From the sequence record SRR31156797_416: a DNA stretch of 64,000 bases; one strand, given 5' to 3'. Of the stretch, positions 1-9,911 are shown piece by piece; position 1 is the stretch's first letter; the number at the start of each line of letters is the position of its first letter. The translations under genes and the position numbers were made by a program. The notes beneath the pieces are model-generated. The model was given only the letters and a program-made list of their open reading frames with translations, did no database searches and was not told where the DNA came from.

Positions 1-2
1 GC

Positions 3-1349
3 GACAGGGTTGCACAGGCATTCAAACAAGAGGGTGCTGAAGTTTGGGCCGGAAGTTTATTGACTCTGGGAAGCCCAATGGATTTTACCAATAACAAACT
101 CTTTAAAATGAAAGTTTGGTCGCCCGGTGTTGGAGATACAGTTTTGATGAAGGTTGAAAACCTGGATAATAGTGAAATTTTCCATGAAGTAAAAACAGTA
201 ACAACTGTTGCCAATGAGTGGGAACTGCTGGAATTCAATTTTGCAGGTATCAATACCGACGAAGATTACCAAAAGATAGTTTTGTTCTTCGACTTTGGAA
301 ATGTTGGAACAGGTTCAACTTATTATTTCGATGACATAGTCCTCACCAGCTCAAACGTAAGTGGCGGACTGGTTGGAACATGGAAACTGGCTCAGGAAGC
401 CGGAGCTGTTGGTGTAGGTCCCGGTCAGGGTGACATCTCCTGGTGGTCCATCGACGATCAGGGTGTGATTGACCGTGCCTGTTTCTTCGACGATGAATAC
501 GTCTTCGGTGCTGACGGATCATTTATGAACGTGCTTGGTGCAGAAACCTGGGTAGAAGCCTGGCAGGGCAACGATCCTGAAGGATGCGCTGCTCCTGTAT
601 ATCCACACGATGGAAGTAATCCGGCAACCTATGTATATGATGAAGCTGCCGGCACGATTACACTCAATGCAGTAGGTGCATATCTTGGAATTGCTAAAGC
701 ATATAACATGGGTGAGCTAACAACACCTGATGATGCTCCGGAATCCATTACCTATATTGTTGAATTCTCTGAAGGTGGCACACGAATGACCATCGATATC
801 CAGATTTCTGATGAAGGCTGGTGGAGATACATCTTTGTGAAAGAAGGCGGCGGCGGTGGAGGTGATACGCCATGGAATGGTACCTGGCAGGTAGCTCCCG
901 AAGCCGGATCACTGGGTGTTGGCCCTGGTCAGGGTGACATTTCATGGTGGTCGATTGATGAAGCAGGTGTTGAAGAAAGAGGTTGCTTCTTTGATGATAC
1001 CTATGTATTTGGTACAGATGGATCATTCATGAACGTATTGGGTGCTGATACCTGGGTTGAGGACTGGCAGGGTGGAACCAATTCCTGTGGAGCTCCGGTT
1101 TACCCTCACGACGGTAGTATTGCTGCAACATTTATCTGGGATGAAGCTTCAGGTACACTTACACTTAACGGTATGGGTTCATATCTCGGGATTCCCAAAG
1201 CAGCTAATGGTTTTGAACTGACAAGCCCCGATGAAGCTCCTGATTCCATAACCTACATCGTGGAATTCCAGGAAAACAACACTGTAGCTATTGTAGATAT
1301 CGAAATTGCCGGTGGTGGTTGGTGGAGATATAAACTCGTTAAAAATTAA
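3..1349 (+). CDS. 5'-truncated multimodular glycan-binding protein: jelly-roll CBM-like module plus two tandem 'GVGP...WWS' modules
   Basis: Frame is open from base 3 (DRVAQAFKQEGAEVWAG...). Two ~155-aa repeats are joined by a poly-Gly linker. No catalytic motif or T9SS CTD in the visible part. Confidence 0.7.
   Translation, partial: DRVAQAFKQEGAEVWAGSLLTLGSPMDFTNNKLFKMKVWSPGVGDTVLMKVENLDNSEIFHEVKTVTTVANEWELLEFNFAGINTDEDYQKIVLFFDFGNVGTGSTYYFDDIVLTSSNVSGGLVGTWKLAQEAGAVGVGPGQGDISWWSIDDQGVIDRACFFDDEYVFGADGSFMNVLGAETWVEAWQGNDPEGCAAPVYPHDGSNPATYVYDEAAGTITLNAVGAYLGIAKAYNMGELTTPDDAPESITYIVEFSEGGTRMTIDIQISDEGWWRYIFVKEGGGGGGDTPWNGTWQVAPEAGSLGVGPGQGDISWWSIDEAGVEERGCFFDDTYVFGTDGSFMNVLGADTWVEDWQGGTNSCGAPVYPHDGSIAATFIWDEASGTLTLNGMGSYLGIPKAANGFELTSPDEAPDSITYIVEFQENNTVAIVDIEIAGGGWWRYKLVKN
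369..1346 (+). repeat. Two tandem ~155-aa protein modules (GTWxxAxxAGxxGVGPGQGDISWWSID...RxCFFDD...PVYPHDGS...GWWRY)
   Basis: Direct alignment of the two copies. A third copy lies at ~16502-16970 and a divergent copy is in the 1363-2316 protein. Confidence 0.85.
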
Positions 1350-1362
1350 AAAACAGATAATC

Positions 1363-2316
1363 ATGAAAAAGTATAGCATTCATTTATTAGTCATAATCTT
1401 TGGTATACTGATATTTAGCATCAGCTGCCAGAAAGACCAATATGATCTTGGCGAACTTGTTGCCCCCTCCAATGTCACATTGAGCTACGAAATAGTTGGG
1501 GCTGATGCCGAAAATCCAAATGGAGATGGCAGTGGCATGGTAGAATTTACGGCTACCGCAAACAATGCCATAACTTATAGCTTTGATTTTGGAGATGGTT
1601 CTGATAAGATGACCTCTGCAAGCGGCAAAGTAACCAAGCGGTTTTCGTTAACAGGTGTAAATACCTATAATGTTACCGTTAATGCCATCGGAACAGGTGG
1701 TGTTACCTCCAGCAGAGCAGACCAGGTTGAAGTGCTTAGTTTATTTGAAGATGCTGAAGCACTGGAATTCATTACCGGAGGTTCATCCAAAACCTGGTAC
1801 TGGGCCTATGACCAACCCGGATTTGTCGGGCTCGGTCCGGTTACCGACGACTATGGTAACCTGGATTTTACCTGGCCTAACTGGTGGAGTATTGGCGCCA
1901 ACGATGAAGAAAAGGCATGTATGTATGATGTGGAATTGGTTTTCACAAAAACTGAAAATGGTGGAATGACTTTCCAGCAAATGAACGGGCCGGCCTTTGT
2001 TCCTGGCTTATATGCAGATGTTCTTGGTGTAACGGGTGATGTTTGTTATATGCCCGGTGAAATAGAGCAGCTTACCGAAGATTTGTTGTACAGTGTGAAA
2101 AATGTAACCTTTTCTCCATCATCAACATTGGCTGCTGAGGCAGGTGGCTACCGCGGTACTGCCATGACAATTTCCGGTGGTGGATTCTTATGCTGGTGGG
2201 TTGGTGCAAGCGAATACGACATCATCGAAGTAACGGAAAACACCTTAAGTGTCAGAATTGAACAGGGTGACGCCGGTGCATGGTATCACACTTTCACCAA
2301 TGTTAAACCTGAATAA
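1363..2316 (+). CDS. PKD-domain lipoprotein, probable surface glycan-binding protein
   Basis: MKK...ISC lipobox, PKD-like FDFGDG, C-terminal GLGP...WWS module. ATG at 1363 is preferred over the longer ORF. Confidence 0.75.
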   Translation: MKKYSIHLLVIIFGILIFSISCQKDQYDLGELVAPSNVTLSYEIVGADAENPNGDGSGMVEFTATANNAITYSFDFGDGSDKMTSASGKVTKRFSLTGVNTYNVTVNAIGTGGVTSSRADQVEVLSLFEDAEALEFITGGSSKTWYWAYDQPGFVGLGPVTDDYGNLDFTWPNWWSIGANDEEKACMYDVELVFTKTENGGMTFQQMNGPAFVPGLYADVLGVTGDVCYMPGEIEQLTEDLLYSVKNVTFSPSSTLAAEAGGYRGTAMTISGGGFLCWWVGASEYDIIEVTENTLSVRIEQGDAGAWYHTFTNVKPE

Positions 2317-2385
2317 ATATTAGTGAATAAAATGCATTGTAGTAGTTTTCTCATAATGCGGAGTTTGGTTTGATGAATTGTAAGT

Positions 2386-2422
2386 GTTGCAAACAGGAAC
2401 TGGTTTTGATCCTGTTTGCAAC
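2386..2422 (+). other. Perfect 13-bp intergenic stem-loop without a U-tract (mRNA stabiliser or processing site?)
   Basis: GTTGCAAACAGGA-11 nt-TCCTGTTTGCAAC. Confidence 0.6.
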
Positions 2423-2479
2423 CTCCTTACAAAGGATGAGAGAAACGCAATGCAAAAAAATCATCAAACAAATTATATA

Positions 2480-3802
2480 ATGAAACATAAATCATTTAAA
2501 TACAGCAGAATAAAATTATTCCGGTTTGTTGTTCCGGTTGTAACCCTGCTCCTGATTCTAGGAATAGCAGCTTGTGAAAAAGACGAGAAACCCGATTTTA
2601 ATGCTGCCTTCAGTTATGAAATGGTAGATGAAAACCATGTGAAATTCACCAACAATTCAACAGGCGAGTATTACTGGATTGTTTATGACTACGGAAATGG
2701 TAATTATGATACACTGACTGATAAGAATGCGCAACCCGAGGTTTATTTCCCCGCATCTGGAAATTACGATGTTGTAATGACCCTTACAAATTTTTATGGT
2801 GATCATAAGTCAGTAACAAATTCGGTAAATATTACCAACGATGACCTGGTAGTTAGTTTCACCGCTGAAGTTGATACAGCAAATCCCAATTATGTAATGC
2901 TCACCAACACCTCCATGGGAATTTATGATTCCTTTAAATGGACATACCTGGATAAGGAAGTTGAAAATGTTGAAATGCATACCGCTTATTTCCCGTTTGC
3001 TGGCGATTACGACATCCATTTAATCGTAACTCAGGCGGGAACAGAGTTCACTTCCACAGAAACCGTTGTCATTGCTGAAGATGATCCGGATTACGATCCT
3101 ACCCTTGTATGGGCTGAAGAGTTTAACTACACCGGCATGCCAGATCCAAACAACTGGAACATGGAAACCGGTGGCGGCGGCTGGGGTAATAATGAGCTTC
3201 AGACTTATACTGATTCTGAGGACAATGCCTATGTTGATAATGGAGTATTAACCATTACTGCACGGGAAGAATCCGCAGGCGAATATACTTCTGCACGTAT
3301 GACCACACAAGGGAATTTTGATTTTAAATACGGACGTATAGAATCACGTATAAAATTACCTTATGGTCAGGGAATGTGGCCGGCATTCTGGATGCTGGGT
3401 GCAAATATCAATACCGTAGGATGGCCATCCTGTGGTGAAATAGACATCATGGAATTGGTTGGGGGTGAAAATAGAGACAACACCTGTCATGCAACAATCC
3501 ACTGGGATAATGATGGCGAGCATGCAGACTATGGGTTGCCCTATACCTTGCCCAATGGCATTTTTGCTGATGATTTCCACGTATTCTCTGTTGAATGGGA
3601 TGCACAGGAAATCAGGGCTTATGTTGATGGCAACCAATACTATGTGGCTGATATTACACCTGCAGCCTTAAGTGAGTTCCAGCAAAACTTTTTTATTATC
3701 CTGAACCTTGCCGTTGGTGGCGATTGGCCGGGCCCTCCCGATGCAACTACCGTATTTCCACAAACCATGCAGGTTGACTGGGTAAGGGTTTATTCTGAAT
3801 AA
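2480..3802 (+). CDS. Lipoprotein with two PKD-like domains and a GH16 beta-1,3-glucanase domain
   Basis: AAC lipobox, WAEEF...GWGNNELQ, WPAFWML, catalytic EIDIME. Confidence 0.9.
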   Translation: MKHKSFKYSRIKLFRFVVPVVTLLLILGIAACEKDEKPDFNAAFSYEMVDENHVKFTNNSTGEYYWIVYDYGNGNYDTLTDKNAQPEVYFPASGNYDVVMTLTNFYGDHKSVTNSVNITNDDLVVSFTAEVDTANPNYVMLTNTSMGIYDSFKWTYLDKEVENVEMHTAYFPFAGDYDIHLIVTQAGTEFTSTETVVIAEDDPDYDPTLVWAEEFNYTGMPDPNNWNMETGGGGWGNNELQTYTDSEDNAYVDNGVLTITAREESAGEYTSARMTTQGNFDFKYGRIESRIKLPYGQGMWPAFWMLGANINTVGWPSCGEIDIMELVGGENRDNTCHATIHWDNDGEHADYGLPYTLPNGIFADDFHVFSVEWDAQEIRAYVDGNQYYVADITPAALSEFQQNFFIILNLAVGGDWPGPPDATTVFPQTMQVDWVRVYSE

Positions 3803-3822
3803 CGATTAAATTATATAACATC

Positions 3823-4650
3823 ATGACAAAATACCGGCTTATATTAATTGCTTTTGTATTTGCGATTATTTCATGCAATTCAGTTACTGAAAAAAAACTG
3901 GAGCCTGATACAGGTAAGTATGAGTTGGTTTGGCAGGATGAATTTAATTACACGGGCTTACCGGATTCTACCAAATGGGATTATGATACCGAAGGTAACG
4001 ATGCCGGCTGGGGAAACCGGGAAGCCCAGTTTTACACACAGGCCAACAAGGAAAATGCACGGGTTGAAAATGGGATGCTTAAAATAACAGCACTTAAAAA
4101 AGATTACATGGGGAAAGCCTACACCTCAGCCAGGCTCATATCCAAAGCCGACTGGAAATATGGCCGTGTGGAAGTAAATGCTAAAATACCTGATGGCCGT
4201 GGCACCTGGTCAGCGATATGGATGATGCCGGGAGGTTGGACGTTTAATGACGGAAACTGGCCCTACGTGGGAGAGATTGATATCATGGAGCATGTTGGGC
4301 ACGAAACAGGGGTTATCCATGCCTCGGCACATTCGCAGGACTACCAGTGGCAAAAGGGAACACAGAAAACAGCAACCGTTAATTTCCCAACGGTTTCTGA
4401 GAAATTTCATACCTACGCGCTCGAGTGGAACCAGGATGTGATGCACATGTTTATTGATGACAGTCTTTACTTCGAATATGAAAACGAAGGTCTTGGTGTG
4501 AATAAATGGCCTTACGACAAGCCCTTTTATCTGATCATGAATATTGCCGTAGGCGGTGCCTGGGGCGAAATGAAAGGTATTGATACCACGGCGTTTCCAC
4601 AAACAATGGAAGTTGACTGGGTGAGAATCTATCAAAAGAAGCAGCATTGA
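3823..4650 (+). CDS. GH16 laminarinase-type lipoprotein
   Basis: ISC lipobox, WQDEF, GWGNREAQ, EIDIME. Confidence 0.9.
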   Translation: MTKYRLILIAFVFAIISCNSVTEKKLEPDTGKYELVWQDEFNYTGLPDSTKWDYDTEGNDAGWGNREAQFYTQANKENARVENGMLKITALKKDYMGKAYTSARLISKADWKYGRVEVNAKIPDGRGTWSAIWMMPGGWTFNDGNWPYVGEIDIMEHVGHETGVIHASAHSQDYQWQKGTQKTATVNFPTVSEKFHTYALEWNQDVMHMFIDDSLYFEYENEGLGVNKWPYDKPFYLIMNIAVGGAWGEMKGIDTTAFPQTMEVDWVRIYQKKQH

Positions 4651-4830
4651 TTTTCAATGCTTGCTCAAAATACGAATTGTCAGATTAACTATTCCGGGAG
4701 ATCAGATAATTAATAGCGGGGTCAAACCTGGCAAAACTGTGGTGGAATTGTTCGTCAATAACGAAATAAGGATACCAGGTATTTGGGATACTTGACGGGT
4801 AAAATAAGCTGATTTTATTAATGATGGAAT

Positions 4831-6396
4831 ATGGATAAGCAACAACAATATATCGTTAAGGTTTCACTGATCGTAGCCCTGGGAGGGTTTCTTATGGGCT
4901 TTGATGCCTCTGTAATATCTGGTGTTGTTAAATTCATCGAACCCGAGTTTGATCTTACAAAACTCGAGCTTGGATGGGCAGTAAGTTCACTCACACTTAC
5001 CTCAACCCTGGCCATGATGATGGCTGGCCCGCTTTCAACTGCCTATGGCCGTAAACCAATCCTGAAACTGGCAGCATCATTATACGCCATCTCAGCCATC
5101 GGTTCAGCCGTAGCACCAGATTTTCTTTCGCTGGTTGTTGCCCGCATGATTGGCGGGTTTGGTGTGGGAGCATCACTGATCATCGCACCCATGTATATTG
5201 CCGAAATATCTCCTCCCTCCATGCGTGGAAGGATGGTTTCTTTCAATCAATTGAATATTGTGATCGGGATATCTGCGGCATTTTTCACCAATTATTTAAT
5301 CCTTCAGCTGAGCCAGTCTGATAATTCCTGGGCGCAGGCTCTGGGATTTGATGTTTACCAGTGGCGCTGGATGCTTGGCCTTGAAACAGTGCCCGCGATA
5401 CTTTATTTTGGGTTTCTATTTGCCGTTCCCGAAAGCCCCAGGTGGCTTATTATGAAAAACAGGGAGGTCGAAGCCCTGCCGATTTTGTCCAGGCTTTCTT
5501 CTGAGAAACAGGCCAGGGAAGATATTGAAGCCGTTCAGTGGAGTATATCAAAAGATGCAAAAAAGAAAAAAGTGCCGGTTGTAGAGTTGTTTAAGCCGGC
5601 ATTGAGGATGGTGCTTATCATAGGAATTGTGATCGCAGTGTTGCAGCAGATAACAGGGATCAATTCGGTGTTTTTCTATGCACCAATGATTTTTGAGCAA
5701 GCCGGCCTTGGCCTCGATGCAGCCTTTTCGCAAGCCATTTATGTCGGACTGACAAACCTGGTTTTTACCATCGTTGCCATGACACTTATCGATAAAATCG
5801 GGAGGAAAGCACTTTTGATTTTCGGGGTAACCGGAATTGCTGTTTCTATGTTTGTGCTGGCATACGGGTTTAATGCTGCAACATATTCAATTACTAACGA
5901 AGTGATCACTGAATTTCAGGAAACAATTCCAGCTGAAAAGTTTAACCAGTTGAATGATATCGTATTTGAAGGTGATGTGGCATTTAAGCAGGCACTCGAA
6001 ACATCGCTCGGCCCAGACCTGGCAGCAACCTACCAGTCGCAGATTATGGCTAAGTCCATCAATCTCAATTCTACTTTAATTCTGGTGGCTATACTAGCTT
6101 TCGTAGCTTCATTTGCCGTTTCGATTGGCCCTGTTATGTGGGTGATGTTCTCCGAACTGTTTCCAAACACCGTTAGGGCTGTTGCCATTTCATTTGTTGG
6201 GTTCATCAATTCGACGGTGAGTTTTTTGGTTCAGCTGGTATTTCCATGGGAACTTACCAACTTTGGTACTGCATTAACATTTCTCATTTATGGCCTGTTT
6301 GCCGCTGCCGGCCTGGTATTTATCCTGTTGAAAGTGCCCGAAACAAAGGGCAGATCCCTTGAGGAATTGCAAGCGGTATTATTAATAAAGAAATAA
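4831..6396 (+). CDS. Sugar porter family MFS transporter
   Basis: GGFLMGFD, YGRK, PESPRWL, QQITGIN, DKIGRK and PETKG signatures. Confidence 0.93.
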   Translation: MDKQQQYIVKVSLIVALGGFLMGFDASVISGVVKFIEPEFDLTKLELGWAVSSLTLTSTLAMMMAGPLSTAYGRKPILKLAASLYAISAIGSAVAPDFLSLVVARMIGGFGVGASLIIAPMYIAEISPPSMRGRMVSFNQLNIVIGISAAFFTNYLILQLSQSDNSWAQALGFDVYQWRWMLGLETVPAILYFGFLFAVPESPRWLIMKNREVEALPILSRLSSEKQAREDIEAVQWSISKDAKKKKVPVVELFKPALRMVLIIGIVIAVLQQITGINSVFFYAPMIFEQAGLGLDAAFSQAIYVGLTNLVFTIVAMTLIDKIGRKALLIFGVTGIAVSMFVLAYGFNAATYSITNEVITEFQETIPAEKFNQLNDIVFEGDVAFKQALETSLGPDLAATYQSQIMAKSINLNSTLILVAILAFVASFAVSIGPVMWVMFSELFPNTVRAVAISFVGFINSTVSFLVQLVFPWELTNFGTALTFLIYGLFAAAGLVFILLKVPETKGRSLEELQAVLLIKK

Positions 6397-6424
6397 TTAT
6401 TGACTCATCATATTAAACCGATAA

Positions 6425-9400
6425 ATGAAGAAAAAAATATTTCTTGGCGGACAGCAACTCAATACAGCGCAGGCAGAAGTTACCGGCCGTTTTGTTGAGA
6501 TAGACAGGGAAAAATATTACCAGATTGGTAATTATAATCAAATGCCTGATTTCTTTATCAGCATCGTGAGTGATACGGATCACTGGATGTTTATCTCCAG
6601 CAATGGCTCACTTTCGGCTGGCCGCAAAAACCGGGATAACGCCCTGTTTCCGTATTTAACGGTTGACAAGATTCATGATTATAAAGGCAAAACAGGGAGC
6701 AGGTCTTTTTTCCTCGTTGACCAAAAAGACGGAGCCACGTTGTGGGAGCCTTTCTCAGATGATTCCATGAAATTTTATAATATTTCCCGAAATATTTATA
6801 AAAATATTTTTGGTAATAAGATCGTGTTTGAGGAAGTAAACAACGATCTTGGATTGTGCTTCAGATATGGTTGGTACAACAGTGAAAAATATGGATTCGT
6901 AAAAAAATCCTCACTTATAAACCTTACCGAACAAGCTTTGAAGGTGCGGGTATTGGATGGTATTCAAAATATTTTGCCACATGGTGTGGATTATACCTTT
7001 GAAAACGAATACAGCAACCTCGCCGATGCTTATAAAAAGAATGAAAGGGTAGAAGGTAGCAATTTGGGGATATACATGCTTAGTGCTATACCTGTTGACC
7101 GTGCTGAACCCAGCGAAGCACTTTTTGCTACAACGGTTTGGTCAGCAGGCCTGGAAGATGATTTTGAGATTCTGCTTTCAGAAGAACAGGTCGGGAAATT
7201 CAAACATGGAGAATCCATTTCACCTGAATATCACATTCGTGCCACGCGAGGTGCTTACTTTATCCATGCAAATTTGGAGCTTCATGCCAAATCAGGCCAG
7301 GAATGGTATACCGTTGCCGAAATCAACCAGAGTTCTGTACAGGTAGCTAATCTAAGCCATCACATTACGACTGAGAAAAAGCTTGTCGAAATTTTAAATC
7401 AGGACATTGATAAGGGAACCAATAACCTGAAGCAAATGGTTTCGCAGGCTGACGGATTCCAGGTAACCAACACCGAAATTTGTTATGCCCGTCACTACAC
7501 AAACACACTGTTCAATATCATGCGTGGTGGTGTTTTTGTGGATAATTATCAAATTGATAAAGCAGACTTTAAGCTGTATATCTGGCAAATCAACAGGCTC
7601 ATCACAAAGGAATACCAGGTGTGGCTCGATAAGCTACCCGAAAAATTAGCTTATGCTGAACTTCTCAGGAAGGCAGCCCAAACTGGTGATGCAGACCTGC
7701 AAAGAATTACAAGCGAGTACCTTCCGCTAACCTTCAGCCGTCGCCATGGCGATCCAAGCCGCCCATGGAACAGGTTTTCCATCGAAACAAAAAATGATGA
7801 CGGTTCTGTTAAATTTAACTATGAAGGTAACTGGCGTGATATTTTTCAGAACTGGGAAGCACTTAGCTATGCCTTTCCGGAGTTTACCGAAGGAATCATT
7901 TCAAAGTTTGTAAACTCATCAACAATTGATGGGTACAACCCGTATCGAATTATGCGTACCGGGATCGACTGGGAAGCCCCTGAGCCGGACGATCCATGGG
8001 CTTACATTGGTTACTGGGGCGACCACCAGATTATATACCTTCAGAAATTGCTGGAAGTATCTGACCGGTTTTATCCCGGAAGACTTGATGCCCTCCTGAC
8101 CAGCGAAAATTTCACATATGCCAATGTGCCATACAGGATAAAATCTTTTGATGATATCATCATTAATCCGAAAGATACTGTAGTATTCGATCACGATCTG
8201 AATAACCGTATAAATACAGAAGCCAGCCATCTGGGTGCCGATGCCAAATTACTGAAAAACAAACAGGGCGACCAGATTTACAAAGTAAACCTGACCGAAA
8301 AAATCCTGGTAACCTTACTTTCGAAGCTTAGTAATTTTATCCCGGAAGCCGGTATCTGGATGAACACCCAACGGCCCGAGTGGAACGATGCAAACAATGC
8401 GCTTGTTGGAAACGGTGCCTCAATGGTTACGCTCTATTACCTCCGTCGTTTTCTCAGGTTTTGGGATGATAAACTCAGCAATGTTTCTATCAACAGCATA
8501 AAAGTTTCCGAAGAAGTGGCCATGTTGTTTGAAGGCATTCACCGTTTTTTTGAAGATAATACCGGTTTGCTGAACAACAGATTTTCAGATGAAAACAGGC
8601 TTCAATTTGCCGAGCACCTGGGACAGGCACACTCAAAGTTCAGACATGAAATTTATACCTATTCTTTCTCAGGTGAAAAACGGGCAATTCAGGTGAAAAA
8701 CCTGGTTGCGTTCATCAATGTCAGCCTTAAATATATCGATCATACCATCAGGGCTAACAAACGCAAGGATTCGCTATACCATGCTTATAATCTGATTTCG
8801 ATAAAGCCTGCCGGAATATCTATCCGCAACCTTTACGAAATGCTCGAAGGGCAGGTAGCTGTGCTAAGTGCCGGATTGCTTTCGGTACCTGAAAGCCTGG
8901 AAGTACTCGATGCACTCAAGAAAAGTAAAATGTTCAGGGAGGATCAATACAGCTATATGCTCTATCCTGATCGTATTCTGCCCGATTTCATGGAGAAAAA
9001 CTGGATACCTGAAGAAAAAGTGGAATCTTCATTATTGCTAAGGAAATTTGTTGAGGAAGGCGAGACCTCGATCATTCAAAAAGATGCACTTGGAGAATAT
9101 CATTTTAACGGTACTTTCCGAAATGCGGATGTTTTGAAATCGGCACTTGATAACCTGAGGATTGGCAGCTATAGTCACCTGGTTGAAGAAGAGAAGGAAA
9201 AAATCCTGAATATTTACGAAGAGGTGTTCGACCATCAATCATTCACCGGCCGGTCAGGTACTTTTTATGGGTATGAAGGTTTGGGATCGATATACTGGCA
9301 TATGGTTTCAAAATTGTTACTGGCTACCCAGGAGTGTTTCTTTAAAGCAATTGACGAAGGTTGTGATACAAGAACGCTTGGCCGCCTCAAGGCGCACTAT

Positions 9401-9889
9401 TACGAAATTAAGGCAGGCATTGGTTTGTACAAATCCCCGGCACTTTATGGTGCTTTTCCTACCGATGCATACTCACACACTCCGGCCAACGCAGGCGTAA
9501 AGCAGCCCGGACTTACCGGCCAGGTGAAGGAAGATGTGATATCACGGATGGGTGAATTGGGGTTGATGGTGAAAAATGGCAATATTGAATTTAACGCAGC
9601 CCTGATCAATGAGGAGGAAATTCTTACCAAACCACAGGATTTTGAATTTCAAACCCTGACCGGGAAAACCAGGAAAATTTCGCTTAATAAAGGTCAGGTT
9701 GGCTATACATTTTGTATGGTGCCCATAATCCTTACCATTTCAAATAAGCCTGAAATCACTGTTTTTTATGCCGATGGCAGCACGGAAGAGATTTCAGGAA
9801 ATGTGATCAACCACCGCATCAGCAGCCTGATCTTTAGCCGGAGTGGTGAAATTGACCGTGTTGAGGTTGCTGTAATTGCTAAGAAATAA
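6425..9889 (+). CDS. Probable beta-1,3-glucan phosphorylase (GH149-like), cytoplasmic
   Basis: 1154 aa, no signal peptide. RRHGDPSRPWNRF, YEGNWRDIFQNWE and PEWNDANNAL motifs, plus beta-glucan locus context. Confidence 0.8.
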   Translation: MKKKIFLGGQQLNTAQAEVTGRFVEIDREKYYQIGNYNQMPDFFISIVSDTDHWMFISSNGSLSAGRKNRDNALFPYLTVDKIHDYKGKTGSRSFFLVDQKDGATLWEPFSDDSMKFYNISRNIYKNIFGNKIVFEEVNNDLGLCFRYGWYNSEKYGFVKKSSLINLTEQALKVRVLDGIQNILPHGVDYTFENEYSNLADAYKKNERVEGSNLGIYMLSAIPVDRAEPSEALFATTVWSAGLEDDFEILLSEEQVGKFKHGESISPEYHIRATRGAYFIHANLELHAKSGQEWYTVAEINQSSVQVANLSHHITTEKKLVEILNQDIDKGTNNLKQMVSQADGFQVTNTEICYARHYTNTLFNIMRGGVFVDNYQIDKADFKLYIWQINRLITKEYQVWLDKLPEKLAYAELLRKAAQTGDADLQRITSEYLPLTFSRRHGDPSRPWNRFSIETKNDDGSVKFNYEGNWRDIFQNWEALSYAFPEFTEGIISKFVNSSTIDGYNPYRIMRTGIDWEAPEPDDPWAYIGYWGDHQIIYLQKLLEVSDRFYPGRLDALLTSENFTYANVPYRIKSFDDIIINPKDTVVFDHDLNNRINTEASHLGADAKLLKNKQGDQIYKVNLTEKILVTLLSKLSNFIPEAGIWMNTQRPEWNDANNALVGNGASMVTLYYLRRFLRFWDDKLSNVSINSIKVSEEVAMLFEGIHRFFEDNTGLLNNRFSDENRLQFAEHLGQAHSKFRHEIYTYSFSGEKRAIQVKNLVAFINVSLKYIDHTIRANKRKDSLYHAYNLISIKPAGISIRNLYEMLEGQVAVLSAGLLSVPESLEVLDALKKSKMFREDQYSYMLYPDRILPDFMEKNWIPEEKVESSLLLRKFVEEGETSIIQKDALGEYHFNGTFRNADVLKSALDNLRIGSYSHLVEEEKEKILNIYEEVFDHQSFTGRSGTFYGYEGLGSIYWHMVSKLLLATQECFFKAIDEGCDTRTLGRLKAHYYEIKAGIGLYKSPALYGAFPTDAYSHTPANAGVKQPGLTGQVKEDVISRMGELGLMVKNGNIEFNAALINEEEILTKPQDFEFQTLTGKTRKISLNKGQVGYTFCMVPIILTISNKPEITVFYADGSTEEISGNVINHRISSLIFSRSGEIDRVEVAVIAKK

Positions 9890-9911
9890 CATGAGCATAA
9901 AAACTTAATAA

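Noticed and set aside
846-863. GGC/GGT short repeat as a phase-variable tract
   Set aside because: It is an in-frame poly-Gly linker with mixed codons.
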